Below are positions 1-10,800 of a DNA stretch of 64,000 bases, piece after piece. The notes beneath the pieces are model-generated. The model was not told the DNA's origin. It ran no database searches and saw only the letters and a list, made by a program, of their open reading frames with translations. The position numbers and the translations under genes are program-made. Position 1 is the stretch's first letter. Each line of letters opens with the position of its first letter. Origin of the DNA: Clytia hemisphaerica. Its lineage: Eukaryota. The stretch spans positions 547,995 through 611,994 of the forward strand of contig NW_027104280.1 of the NCBI RefSeq assembly GCF_902728285.1. Reading direction: 5' to 3'.

Positions 1-3000
1 CAAGTCACGGCATCAGCCATTTTTGCTTTCTACGTCACAAGCTCATCGCAAATACGTAACTCTCTGAAGGCTCACAGGGAAGAAAGAGCTTTAACTATCA
101 CAGCATATTCACAATCTAATACATCCTTCAATGTCGAACCTTTGTCTGGTTGGGAAAAATTCGAAGGGCTGAGCGACCATAAGATTGAGTGCTATGCTGT
201 TTATTTATACATCAAGAGGTACCAGAAGCATAAAAAGGAAGACTTTTATGTGGTATTCCCTAAATTGTTTTTGATGTTGATTCTTGTGAAGGACAAACTC
301 CCTCTCAAGAAAAGAGGCTTACCTACAGTTGAAGATTGCCAAATGTTAACTTCCTCGATATCGGAAGTACAAAATTTTCTGTGGAACGCCCTTGGCGGAT
401 TAAGAGAGAGGTTTGGTATGGAGTTTGCGTTTCCTCGAAATTTGTGTGATCTTTGGGATGGAAATTTCTTTGCCAATGTTTTGAAACTTGTTGGTGAAGT
501 CTGGGAGAATGGGTTCCAGTTTTTCGGAAAAGAAATCGAAACGAAATATAAAGAAATGTTTGTTTGTATCAATTCTGCATTGAAAGATGCTGGTTGTGCA
601 GAGGAGAATGCGGATTGGCCTTCAAACGAGAAATTCCAAACGATGCTGAAAGGGCTTGAACGTGAAGAAAGAAAGTTGATGCCAGAGAAAGTCCTTTCAT
701 TAAAAGAAGATGACAAATTCTCAGAAGAAATTCACAGTGACGAAAAACCAGCTCATACCGAAGATCAAAAAGCACTTTTTCTTAAAAACAACCAGGCTCC
801 AAACAAAAGGGATTTTCCAACTGAAGAGAAGGAAGGATTTCCAGATGATTGGGAGGAAAGAGAAAACGAGGAAGAAATTCCGGACAATTGGGATTCCGCC
901 AGTTCCGATGGTGACGTCAAAGACGAAGAAAGTAGTCCGAATGCTGCAATGGTAAATGGTGAATATTCGAAGAAGCATGAAGGAGGGAAGGCTGACAAAG
1001 GAAGGAGCAAACTTGTACCGGTGCAAAGCGAATTGTTGGAGTTATATGCTGCGGATATCCAAGGACATTTGGACGTCTTGAATCCGGACGATCCGTTGAT
1101 CAAAGAATTAGTTCCTGAACTGAAAGAGTTTAAGGATTTGTACCATTGGCACTGTAACAAGTTTATTCTGGACAGTGAAGAGTTGAAGGAGATTGCTGAG
1201 AAGCAAAACGAAGAAGAAGAGGGAGGAGAGAGGGCGGAAAAGGAGGAGGAAAGAGACATCCTCAAACCACTGACCAAGAAAGAGAGATCTAAAATGACCA
1301 TAGATGAGATCAAGGCTTTCGAAAAGGATCAACGTTGGGCAAGAAAACGGCAGGACAGAAAAGCATCGCAATTGACGAGATATATGGAGATTTATGGATC
1401 GAGCTTGGGTGAGAATGTCCATTGTGATCCCATTGTGGTGCAAAAGGAACAGAAAGGGAAGAAGAGTCACGTGCATGCGCTGAAAGGACACCATAAGAAG
1501 AGCCATGCAGCTGAACAGATCATTGCAGCCAATATTCAAACCAAGAACGATGAAGCTCGCCAACAAGCGGAAAAAAATGTCATCGAAACGATAAAAGAAG
1601 TTGATCAATTATCAAAAGACGCCAAATATCGTGCAGGAATCGAACTGATCCAATCAAAAGAGAAATGTTTTACGACTGAAGAATCTCAGAAGAAAATACG
1701 CCTCAAAATGTTAGACATTTACGAGCTGCAACTGAAACATGATTGTCAACATGATGAAAAAGCGCGTCAAAAGGTTACCATAGAGATGTTTTTGTTGGTG
1801 CGCCGACTTCACACAAAATATGTGTCGATTTTAAATGAGGAAGACCGCATGAAACTTTCAGCAAGTTTATCAGGCTTGGGATTTGCGGCGTTGGCAGAGA
1901 GACTGTTCAATGGACAACCATCCGAAGAAGCAGATGAGAATCACATCGAGTTTCAACTGAAAAACATTGGACATCTGTTACCGAGGAATGTCCGAACTGA
2001 TCCAGATCCGCGCATCAAAGGTTTTTTTCCGGACACGTGGCAACGGCAGCTTTTTGATGCAATCGACGCGAACCAATCAGCTTTGATCGTCGCTCCAACG
2101 AGTTCGGGAAAAACGTTCGCGTCTTACTACAGTATGGAGAAAATTCTCCGCAAGAATAATGACGATATTGTGGTGTATGTCTCACCAACCAAAGCTCTGG
2201 TCAATCAAGTGCAAGCTTACATCTACAAGAAGTTTGATAAACCCAACATGCCGAATGGGAAGGTGGTTTGCGGTACTTTTACCAGAGATTACCGTAACAA
2301 TGTGATGAACTGTCAGATCTTGGTCACTGTCCCGCAGTGTTTGGAAATCTTGCTGTTGTCCGCTGACAGTTTCTCCTGGTCCAAAAATATCAAATACGTC
2401 ATTTTTGATGAGATTCATTTCATTGGTTCAGAAGAAGGTGCAGAAGTTTGGGAACATCTCCTCTGCTTGATCACATGTCCCTTCTTGGCTCTTTCCGCGA
2501 CGGTGGCCAACCCGGACGATCTTCATAAATGGCTGCAAAGCGCACAGAATTTCCAGAAAGAGAACAAAACGATGTATTACCAAGAACGTAGCGACGAATC
2601 TTACGTCGTTCAAATGGTGGTGGTGTCTGACCGACATTCTGACTTGGAGAATCATGTCTTCACGCCTGATGAAAGTCTGGAGATGAAATCCTCACCTGAA
2701 GCCCTACATCGCATGCACCCTTACGTCACCTTAAAATCTGGTCTTAACAAAAAACGAGAAATCCCATCCCATCTGACCATGTCTCCACAGGAATGTTTGA
2801 TTCTCTACAAAACCATGTTGGAAGAATGGCCAGATTGCCAGGAGCTGATACAACTGGATCCGTCAGTCTTCTTTCAAGGCGAGATGTTCCTAACGAGAGA
2901 TGACGTCAGAAGATATGAGGCCGCACTGAAGACAGAATTTCAAAACTGGATCATACGCAACATGGTGAAAGCTGAGAGAGTTTTGGAGAAGTTGTACTTG

Positions 3001-3346
3001 GGAATATCTGACCATGACGTCACTCAGAGTGACGTATACAAACATTTTGTGAGCTTGGTGAAAACGATCGAATCTTGTGACATGTTACCCGTTATTGTAT
3101 TTTGTTTGGAACGCGCTGCCTGCGAGTATTTGACATACCTGGTGGTCGAATACTTCAAAGAAAAAGAAGCCATATTTTTCGCCAACAAGAAAGAGAAGAA
3201 ATTGACCAACTTTGAGAAGCAGGTGGCAAAGAAAGAACGAGACAAGCAAACAGATGAGGAACAGTCTGTCAGAAAGAATAGATTTGAAGATGAGAAGAAT
3301 CTATGGTTCGATCATGAGTTCTGTCCGCAAGGAGGCTCCTTCAGAG
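1..3346 (+). CDS. DDX60-like Ski2-type DExH helicase, first exon in window (5' partial; frame open to position 1, no upstream stop)
   Basis: ORF track 142..3411 (TTG start is an artifact). Walker A APTSSGKTF (~nt 2089), DEIH box (~2407), SAT motif (~2491). Long insert after RecA1 is typical of DDX60. Proposed donor GAG|GTTGGT at 3346/3347, phase 1, matches the phase of the next exon. Confidence 0.75.
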
Positions 3347-3355
3347 GTTGGTTCC

Positions 3356-3663
3356 TTTTCAACACCCCCTTCTCACAGACCCGGTGGGATTTTATCAGCC
3401 AGTGGGGGTAAAAATAATGGACTAAAACTCGATGGGGATTGATATTCCCATGTTTTTTATGGCTGGGGATTTGAATTCCATTGTTTTCTAGCCAGAAAAT
3501 TCAGCGGGGATGGAAAAAATAGCATAATATATTGCAGTGAGGATTTGTTTATCTGATTATTTTATCTGATTATTTTTAGTGGGGACAAAAAAAACGAGAG
3601 TATAATTTTCTACTGGGGACGAAATTTTGGTTAATTTTTCCAGTGGGTCTGTTAGAAGGGGTT
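3356..3663. mobile_element. MITE family A copy 1 (TIR CACCCCCTTCTCACAGACCC ... GGGTCTGT(T/G)AGAAGGGG)
   Basis: ~20 bp terminal inverted repeats. Internal GGGGAT-rich motifs. Near-identical copy at 62812-63055. Lies in the first DDX60 intron, directly after the proposed exon donor. Confidence 0.7.
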
Positions 3664-4010
3664 ATTTTTCAAGATTTGATGTTAAGGGGTACTGACTGGA
3701 ATATAACCTAAAGTCGACTCTCTCAGTCCATTTAAGCTGTATGAAAATAAGTGAATTTGCAACCCTAACAAACCTTTTCAAAGCCTGAAAAAGGTATATG
3801 TATCCCTTTTTACTTTTTACTTACTTGAGCCTCCTCACAAGTGGATTGATACTCATAAGAGTTATGATTTGGATAAATTAAAGGTTGAAAATGCAGGATT
3901 TTTCACATATATTGCAGTTCCATCCATCCTTACTTAACCAAAGAAATATTTCAGTTTCATAAACTATGCGAAACAACAGAAAATTGAATGCTTTTTTCTT
4001 GGATCTTCAG

Positions 4011-4310
4011 GCAAAGGAGTTGCAGACAAAGAAGATTTAGAATTTCTTTACAGACGTATCGTTGGTAAGATGTCTCGAACCTCATTTTTCATGTCATTCA
4101 TGGAAGGCATTCGTTATGGTATCTCTTATCACCATTCTGGCATGAACAATGCCATGCGCTCCACTGTCGAAATCCTCTTCCGCAAGAAATTCATCAATAT
4201 TGTTTGTGCAACTTCAACGCTGGCTGTCGGTATACACGTTCCATGTCGAAGTGTGGTCATTGCAAGTCATAATCAGTATCTCAACACTCTCGTCTTTCGA
4301 CAAATGGCCG
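4011..4310 (+). CDS. DDX60-like helicase exon (RecA2 motifs IV-VI start)
   Basis: Acceptor ttcag at 4009-4010. Encodes ...ISYHHSGM...ATSTLAVGIHVPCRSVV...FRQMAG, then donor G|GTAAGT at 4311. The codon split with the next exon gives QMAG-RSGRRGFD (motif VI). Confidence 0.75.
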
Positions 4311-4737
4311 GTAAGTTGGAAAGGTTTTGTTAATCTTTTCTTGACTGATGTAACTCTATCACCGAGTTTGAAACATGATCTGTGAAATGGTCTATTCATG
4401 ATATGCACCATTGCAATGTCTTCTGACATTACGGACCCAATAGTTTATTTGTTGTGAGTGACGTAAAATCACTCAATAAGTCACTTTTCATCAGCTGTGT
4501 CCGTGAGATCATTTTAGATTGCATGAAATATTCTATGTTGGGAGCTGAATTTTTTTTCTTTTTTATAGAACGGTTTGGGAATCCTTGAAAGTATGAATCG
4601 CTATGTTTCCCTTACACCCCGCTTGAAAGTGGTTGGGATTCGAACATATTCCATTGTTTTGCAAGGCTGTGATCGAAACCTTCACACTACCACTCTGCTT
4701 GGAATCCACTTAAAATTGAAAGTCTCTTTTTTTTAAG

Positions 4738-4954
4738 GTCGATCTGGTCGTCGAGGATTTGACATGGTTGGAAATGTTATTTTTCATGCTGTTCCAAACA
4801 GGAAAATCTCCAAATTGGTTTCTGGTGATTTGCCGTATTTGTTGGGAAATTATCCATTGTCGGTGACTTTGTGCTTGAGGTTGTTGACTGTTGTTGAAGA
4901 AGTAAGAGAAAATGGAAAACAAACCGCTAAATGTCGGTCAGATACAATCGCAAG
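4738..4954 (+). CDS. DDX60-like helicase exon (motif VI GRSGRRGFD)
   Basis: Acceptor tttaag, then GT CGA TCT GGT CGT CGA GGA. Overlaps ORF track 4764..4958. Donor AAG|GTAATT. Phase-consistent with flanking exons. 1-nt coordinate uncertainty. Confidence 0.7.
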
Positions 4955-5449
4955 GTAATTTTAAAAGACCCGGTCAGAATTTTCCAGCTAATAGTCGGGA
5001 TAAAATGAATGAGGTGTAAATACCAACTGGTATGTGAAATCGCCAAATCTCAATGAATGGTTCTTTCGAAATTTGGATTCTCTAAAGTATAATGTTGTTT
5101 TGTGGTCGGCGTTTCTTACTACCTTATTGGAACTAGTTTTCACGGAGATTAATTTCAGGGTTTAATGACCCCGCGAAATATAAGTCTTTCCGATTTTATC
5201 GAAAAATTTGCAAATCTCTAGGAAAATGAAAGAAATTTGTCCAAAAAAGGCCAAAATCGCGAAAGTTAAAACCCGCGAAATGCTATTTTTCCGTTGTGTT
5301 TTCGACCGCGAATGTTATTTCCCGCGAAAATTAGTTCCAAAAAGGTAATTGGATGGTAAGATGGTAATAATGGCAATTTGGGATTCTAAACTAACTTTCT
5401 CTTCATAATCGCCACATTTCATTTCGTTTCTTTTTTCTTTAATTTTCAG

Positions 5450-5555
5450 AGCATTGAATTTGCTGAAGAATCCATTGATCCTACAACACATCCCTCATCT
5501 GGATGTCCAGTTCAAACACTTCTTCCTCTTTAGCACACAGTTCCTTGTTAGAGAG
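5450..5555 (+). CDS. DDX60-like helicase exon
   Basis: Acceptor ttttcag at 5448-5449, donor GAG|GTATGT at 5556. Overlaps ORF 5454..5657. Phase 2-in/0-out fits neighbours. Confidence 0.55.
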
Positions 5556-5699
5556 GTATGTTTACTCGTTCGAACATTTTCTAAACTTATGTATAATACA
5601 CAAATTGTCTCACAAATCTTCCAAATAGATAGAAAAATGATTTTTGTAAAAGAATAGTCAGGAGCCTGAACCGTTATTCTTTCATGCCTTGGAAGGACT

Positions 5700-6130
5700 G
5701 CAACAAACTAAACAAAATTTGGAAGTCTAATCTTGATAATAAGATTAAGGTATAAATCTTCAAAACCTTAATCGAACCTATTCTCCTTTATGGGTCTGAG
5801 ACCTGGACAATGACGAGAGCCATGGAAAAAATTATTGACGGGTGTTACACAAACCTCCTCAAAAAGGTTCTAAGCTGTGCGGACCATCCGAACCTCAATC
5901 AAATATACAATAATCTACCACGCATCTCGCGTATACTCGCCAATAGAAGACTTCAGTTTGCAGGCCACTGTTTTCGAGCCAAAGAAGAAATAATATCCAG
6001 ACTTCTTTTCTGGTCACCAACGGGTCTAGTAAGATTAAGGAAGTTAACCTTCCTGGATACTCTGAAGAGGGAAACAGGTCTTGAGATTGAGGAAATAAAG
6101 ACAGTCATCGATGATCGGGTATTGTAAAAG
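5700..6130 (+). mobile_element. 5'-truncated non-LTR retrotransposon (LINE, RTE/CR1-like) ORF2 C-terminal fragment
   Basis: Translation ...KIFKTLIEPILLYGSETWTMTRAMEKI...NRRLQFAGHCFRAKEE...FWSPTGLVRLRKLTF matches the conserved LINE RT C-terminal motif (xLLYGxETWT ... RRLxxxGHxxR). Overlaps ORF 5810..6127. Confidence 0.6.
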
Positions 6131-6276
6131 GAAGGCTACGCAAATTTTCCGACGTAAGTCGAAAGATGATGATGATGCCTTTATATTCTGATTTACTAAC
6201 ATCTCGCCAAGGAAATGTTGAAACCTTATGCATCGCCTTGCGATATAATGTTAACCCCAATATCGTTCTTTTTCAG

Positions 6277-6570
6277 CGCTTATTGAAATTGAACGGGAAA
6301 CCACAAGGTCTTGCAGGGCTAGCTGCTCACTTGTTTTACCATGAGCCATGCAACTACGCCTTTATCGCATGCATCCAAAACGAGACATTCCACAAATTCT
6401 GTAACCAAGGAAGACGAGATGTCAATGGTATCTTTGATGAAGATTTTTTGAGAAATCTGGTCCTGGTTTTGTCCCATTTCTTCGCCAGGAAGCAACTTCA
6501 TGAATCTCATTTGAAGTATAGAAACAAGAGTATTGTCCAATTGCAAGAACTCCCTCCAAAATTCGCAGAG
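6277..6570 (+). CDS. DDX60-like helicase exon (candidate)
   Basis: Acceptor tttttcag at 6275-6276. 98 in-frame codons inside ORF 6166..6594 (GLAAHLFYHEPCNYAFIAC...). Donor GAG|GTTGGT is weak. Phase 0/0. Confidence 0.45.
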
Positions 6571-7119
6571 GTTGGTCAAATCTTTGTTCTTTGAACCTTT
6601 GAAGGCTTAAAATATTTGCAAAAAATTGGTTTAGATTTTTAGCAATAATTTTTGTCTAAATGAAAATACCTTGACGGCACTTTACACGACTTCACAAAAT
6701 ATTTGAAAACCTGTCTTGACGCAAAAAAAAACATATTTGGGCCAATCCGAATGCCTCAAATTTTGAAGAGAAAGAGTTCAATTCGTTAGTCACTGCCTCC
6801 GCGCTTCTTTATCTTCTCTCCTCCTCTGGAAACCTAAATTTTGGAAGACACCGATCGAGAAAACTTACTTTTACTGACTCAGTATGCAGGGACTTAGTTA
6901 ACAGGTCTTGGAAATGCCATGCGGGACCGTGACGCCAAGGGGAGATCCATTATCACGACCGCGGTAGAACAAGGCTATCATCAACCTTGAAAGAAATTTC
7001 TTAAAATTTATGTCTTGCTTGGATAAGCTGTCTAGACTCGTTGAGGATGGTTGAAACACTGGTTATACCCGGCATGCTTTGTAAACAACGAAGGGTAATG
7101 GTTTTAATTTTCATTTCAG

Positions 7120-7276
7120 TCGATCAGATTGTACAACGAGCGAGTAGAAGAAGTTTATGACATGTATTTACACGCTACCTCGAGTTACATGGAAAAAGTT
7201 TTCGGAGAAGATCACACACTACCTCTCTCTCTGGTCCAATTCCCTACAATGAAAGATGTCTCGATACCATCCAATG
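7120..7276 (+). CDS. DDX60-like helicase exon (candidate)
   Basis: Acceptor tttcag at 7118-7119. In frame with ORF 7129..7311 (SIRLYNERVEEVYDMYLHATSSYMEKVFGEDH...). Donor G|GTTTGT. Confidence 0.45.
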
Positions 7277-7537
7277 GTTTGTTTACTTCATATGATCGTT
7301 ATTTTAATTAAGAGTCTAGTTTAAATATTGTTGCAGTTGACTCTCTCTTATCCGAACTCGAACGATAAATTTCATTTGTTCGAATTACAGAGAGATTCGA
7401 ATTAAAGAAAGATTCGAATAAACGAGAGTTTACTGTATATTAACCTGTAAAATGTTCATGTTTTCTCATCCTGGACCAGTTTTCAACATTTGCCGTGTCA
7501 CACATAAAGGTCCATCTTTCTTTCTTCTTGTCGACAG

Positions 7538-7674
7538 GGAACAACATCCAAGACAAATTGTTCTCGCTAGCCTCTGATAACAAGTGTTGTTCAAGCTTTG
7601 CAGCTTTGTCAGGCCATACTGATCAACAGAAAGTTTACAACTACACAGATAAAACGACCAATGTCAGACACCAG
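7538..7674 (+). CDS. DDX60-like helicase exon (candidate)
   Basis: Acceptor gacag at 7536-7537. Frame of ORF 7495..7764. Donor CAG|GTGAGG at 7675. Phase matches previous exon (1+2). Confidence 0.45.
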
Positions 7675-7888
7675 GTGAGGGGTTTCATTTTTACTTCTAA
7701 AGATCTTTTTTGTCAAATCCTTCGAAAACTGAGGTCCTTAATGGGGTTTTTCAATTTCTGGTAGATTTTGATGACCCTTAGGAAGACTTTTTTTAAATGC
7801 TGCATCTTTACGGCTAATGCTATTTTACCGAACTCCTGTTGGTAGTTTATTAAACCTGTCCTCCTCCTTATTTTCTCGCAACCGATAG

Positions 7889-8089
7889 ATCTACACAGAC
7901 GTGCACGAGATCCCGATTATGAATACGGAAGATGTTTTGAACAGTTATGCATTGGACTTCTTCAAACATGGCGACCCTGATGCTATCCAAGAAGAGAATC
8001 ACTTGAAAAGTGGCGAAGATTACGACAGTCTCAAAGATTTCATGCTCACAATTAAGGTTCTTAACCCATTTAACACTACCTCTCCATAG
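7889..8089 (+). CDS. DDX60-like helicase putative terminal exon
   Basis: Acceptor gatag at 7887-7888. Frame of ORF 7901..8089, ending at stop 8087-8089. Followed by an ~80 bp local duplication. Confidence 0.4.
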   Translation: MYTDVHEIPIMNTEDVLNSYALDFFKHGDPDAIQEENHLKSGEDYDSLKDFMLTIKVLNPFNTTSP

Positions 8090-8200
8090 AAAATATCTTC
8101 CACTCTCTCGACTTTGTTTTCATTGAATGCTCACAACTAAGTTTCCAATTTAACTTAACCAATCACTCTATAACTTCAAGTTTTCAAATCTAGCTAAAAA
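8041..8200. repeat. local tandem duplication (~80 bp) at 3' end of DDX60-like gene
   Basis: atgctcacaattaaggttcttaacccatttaac... repeated as atgctcacaactaagtttccaatttaac... Confidence 0.4.
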
Positions 8201-8319
8201 ATTTACGCCTTCACTTTTTTTCATTGGGTGAGGTGAAATAACAGGATGACATAGGTCTCAGCGTTCCTCAGTTTACCTGGCTATGTAGAACCATTGCTAT
8301 TGTAATTCGGACGATCTTA

Positions 8320-8543
8320 AAGGGACATAAAAGTACTGACGAGATTTGTAAATAGACCGCAGGATACAAAATCAAAACAAATGCCACATGTCAAAATAAA
8401 AAATAAAAACAAATATGGCTGATTTTGATTGTTCAATTGTTTTCTACAAGTTTGTTTTGGACACAGGATTTTTAATTGTTCTCTTTAATGACACGTGGTT
8501 CGCGCAATGTTTACATTTTACTATCTCATGTCCCTTTAAATGA
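8320..8543. mobile_element. small TTAA-flanked MITE (piggyBac-like target site)
   Basis: 13 bp TIR AGGGACAT.../...ATGTCCCT flanked on both sides by TTAA. Confidence 0.35.
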
Positions 8544-9039
8544 TGCCAGTGGTCTTAATGAAACATTCCTTACTTTTTGAATTGCCCTGTTTTTTTATTT
8601 TGGTGTTTGGAGAGCCTGATCGGGTGCGTCTAAATGTCCGGATTTATGCTTGTCCAATCTTGTTGCTACAGACTGATCTGTAGACTGGAGTCGTTTATAA
8701 TGCGTGTAATAATAATAATACGGGGTTTGTATAAACGAAGAATCCGGTGTTTATAGATACAGGGGCCAGCTACGCAGAAACTTGCGTAGCGAGAAAACAA
8801 TTTATCAAGCAACAACAAACTCTCAACACGAAATCAACTCAAATGAAAAACTTTCAATACACAAATCCACACATATTCTTTTTTCTCAAGAATTATTTTG
8901 AGCAGGAAAAAATGATAATTGCAATATTGACACTTTTCTTTTGTTTGGAGTTAATGCACAAAGGTTTCTAGACGACTAAAATTGTTCCATTCATTACTTT
9001 TTGCTTTATTTCTACTACAGTATGTATGAAGTTAGATAC

Positions 9040-9540
9040 CTTACAAAATTCGACCTTTCAATTGGATGGTTCAATTTGACAAATCGACCCTTCAATTTGA
9101 CAAATCGAACCTTCAATTTGTCAATTCGACCCTTCAATTTGACAATCGACAAAATCGAACCTTCAAGTTGTCAATTCGACCCTTCAATTTGACAAATCGA
9201 CCCTTCAATTTGACAAATCGACCCTTCAATTTGACAAATCGACCCTTCAATTTGACAAATCGAACCTTCAATTGATCGACCCTTCAATTTGAAAATCGAC
9301 CCTTCATTTGCAATCGACCCTTCAATTCAATCGACCCTATTTGACAAATTGATCCTTCAATTTGATGGCCGGCTTGTCAATTTGACAAATCGACCCTTCA
9401 ATTTGTCAATTTGACCCTTCAATTTGACAGTCGGTTTGTCAATTTGACAAATCGACCCTTCAATTTGATGGTCTGCTTGTCAATTTGACAAATCGACCCT
9501 TCAATTTGACAAATCGACTCTTCAATTTGACGCTAGTCCC
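9040..9540. repeat. satellite A: ~21 bp unit TTCAATTTGACAAATCGACCC, ~24 tandem copies
   Basis: Direct tandem periodicity seen in sequence. Variants with CAATTCGACCC / GATGGCCGGCTTG interspersed. Confidence 0.9.
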
Positions 9541-9639
9541 AGTCCCTCTTAAAAAGGGATTTAGTCTGTAAAATGGGCTAGTTCTCCATGTATCTTGCCT
9601 ATTAGATTAAGGAGATAATGCTTTTTATGTATTTTTCTT

Positions 9640-10800
9640 ATTCCCCATAGTCCCTCTTTCCCCATATTCGCTCTCTCCCCATATTGCCTCTTTCCCCATG
9701 TTTCCTCTCTCCCCATATTCCCTTTCTCTCCACATTCCCTTTCTCCCCATATTCCCTGTCTCCCCATATTCTCATTTTTCCGTATTCCCTTTCTCCCCAT
9801 ATTCCCTTTCTCCCCATATTCCCGTATTCCCATATTCCCTTTATCCCCATATCCCTTTCCCCAGCCCCAGACCCTCTCCCCATAGGTCCCTCTCCCATTC
9901 CATAGTTCCCATATTCCCTCTCCCCATATTCCCCTCCCATCTCCCGCAATTCCCATCCCGCCCCCCATTTCCCGTATGCCCGGATGCCCTTTCTCTCCAT
10001 ATTCCCATATTCCCTGTCTCCCCATTTTCCCGTATTCCCCTATTGCCTCCTCTCCCCATATTCCCTTTCTCCCGATACTCCCATATTCCCGTATTCCCTT
10101 TCTCTCCATATTCCCATATTCCCTTTCTCCCCATATTCCCATATTCCCGTATTCCCTTTCTCCCCATATTCCCATATTCCCGTATTCCCTTTCTCCCCAT
10201 ATTCCCTTTATTCCCATATTCCCTCTCTACCCATATACCCTTTCTCCCCATATTCTCTCTCTTCCCATATTCCCTCTATCCCATCCCCTTCCCAATTCCC
10301 TTCCCTCTCTCCCCTATTCCCTCTTCCCATATTCCCATATTCCCTCTCTCCCCATATTCCCGTATTCCCGTATTCCCTTTCTCTCCATATTCCCATATTC
10401 CCTGTCTCCCCATTTTCCCGTATTCCCCTATTGCCTCCTCTCCCCATATTCTCTTTCTCCCGATATTCCCATATTCCCGTATTCCCTTTCCCTCCATATT
10501 CCCATATTCCCTTTCTCCCCATATTCCCATATTACCGTATTCCCTTTCTCCCCATATTCCCATATTCCCGTATTCCCTTTCTCCCCATATTCCCTGTTTC
10601 CCCATATTCCCGTATTCCCATAATATTCCCTTTCTCCCCATATTCCCATATTCCCTGTCTCTTCATATTCCCGTATTCCCTGTCTCCCCATATCCTGTCT
10701 CCCCATATTCCCTGTCTCCCCATATTCCCATATTCCCGTATTCCCTTTCTCCCCACATTCCCTGTCTCCCCATATTCCCGTATTCCCATATTATGGAAAT
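9640..10800. repeat. satellite B: CCCCATATTCCC(G/T)TATTCCCTTTCTC-type short-period array
   Basis: Degenerate 8-26 bp periodic units over >1.1 kb. Generates spurious long ORFs on both strands (e.g. 9698..10843). Confidence 0.9.

Noticed and set aside
142-144. Start codon of the 1089-aa ORF at 142
   Set aside because: Position 142-144 is TTG, an ORF-finder alternative start. The frame is open back to position 1, so the real N-terminus is upstream of the window.
246-1608. Several minus-strand ORFs (156, 182, 166 aa) overlapping the helicase exon
   Set aside because: They are antisense to a well-supported coding exon. Their low-complexity S/L/F-rich translations are typical of antisense frames of K/E-rich sequence.
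3347-3411. C-terminal 21 aa of ORF 142..3411 as genuine coding sequence
   Set aside because: From 3356 on, the sequence belongs to a MITE terminal inverted repeat found at three other loci. A phase-correct donor exists at 3346.
4591-4690. Possible tRNA gene (GTTCGAATCC T-loop-like motif on minus strand; another at 59850-59880)
   Set aside because: I could not fold a complete cloverleaf, having found no proper acceptor or anticodon stems. These are more likely tRNA-derived SINE remnants or chance matches.
9040-9540. CRISPR-like appearance of a 21-bp direct repeat array
   Set aside because: Units are contiguous with no unique spacers, the array is mirrored as an inverted copy 4 kb away, and the context is an intron-containing eukaryotic genome. 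It is a satellite, not CRISPR.
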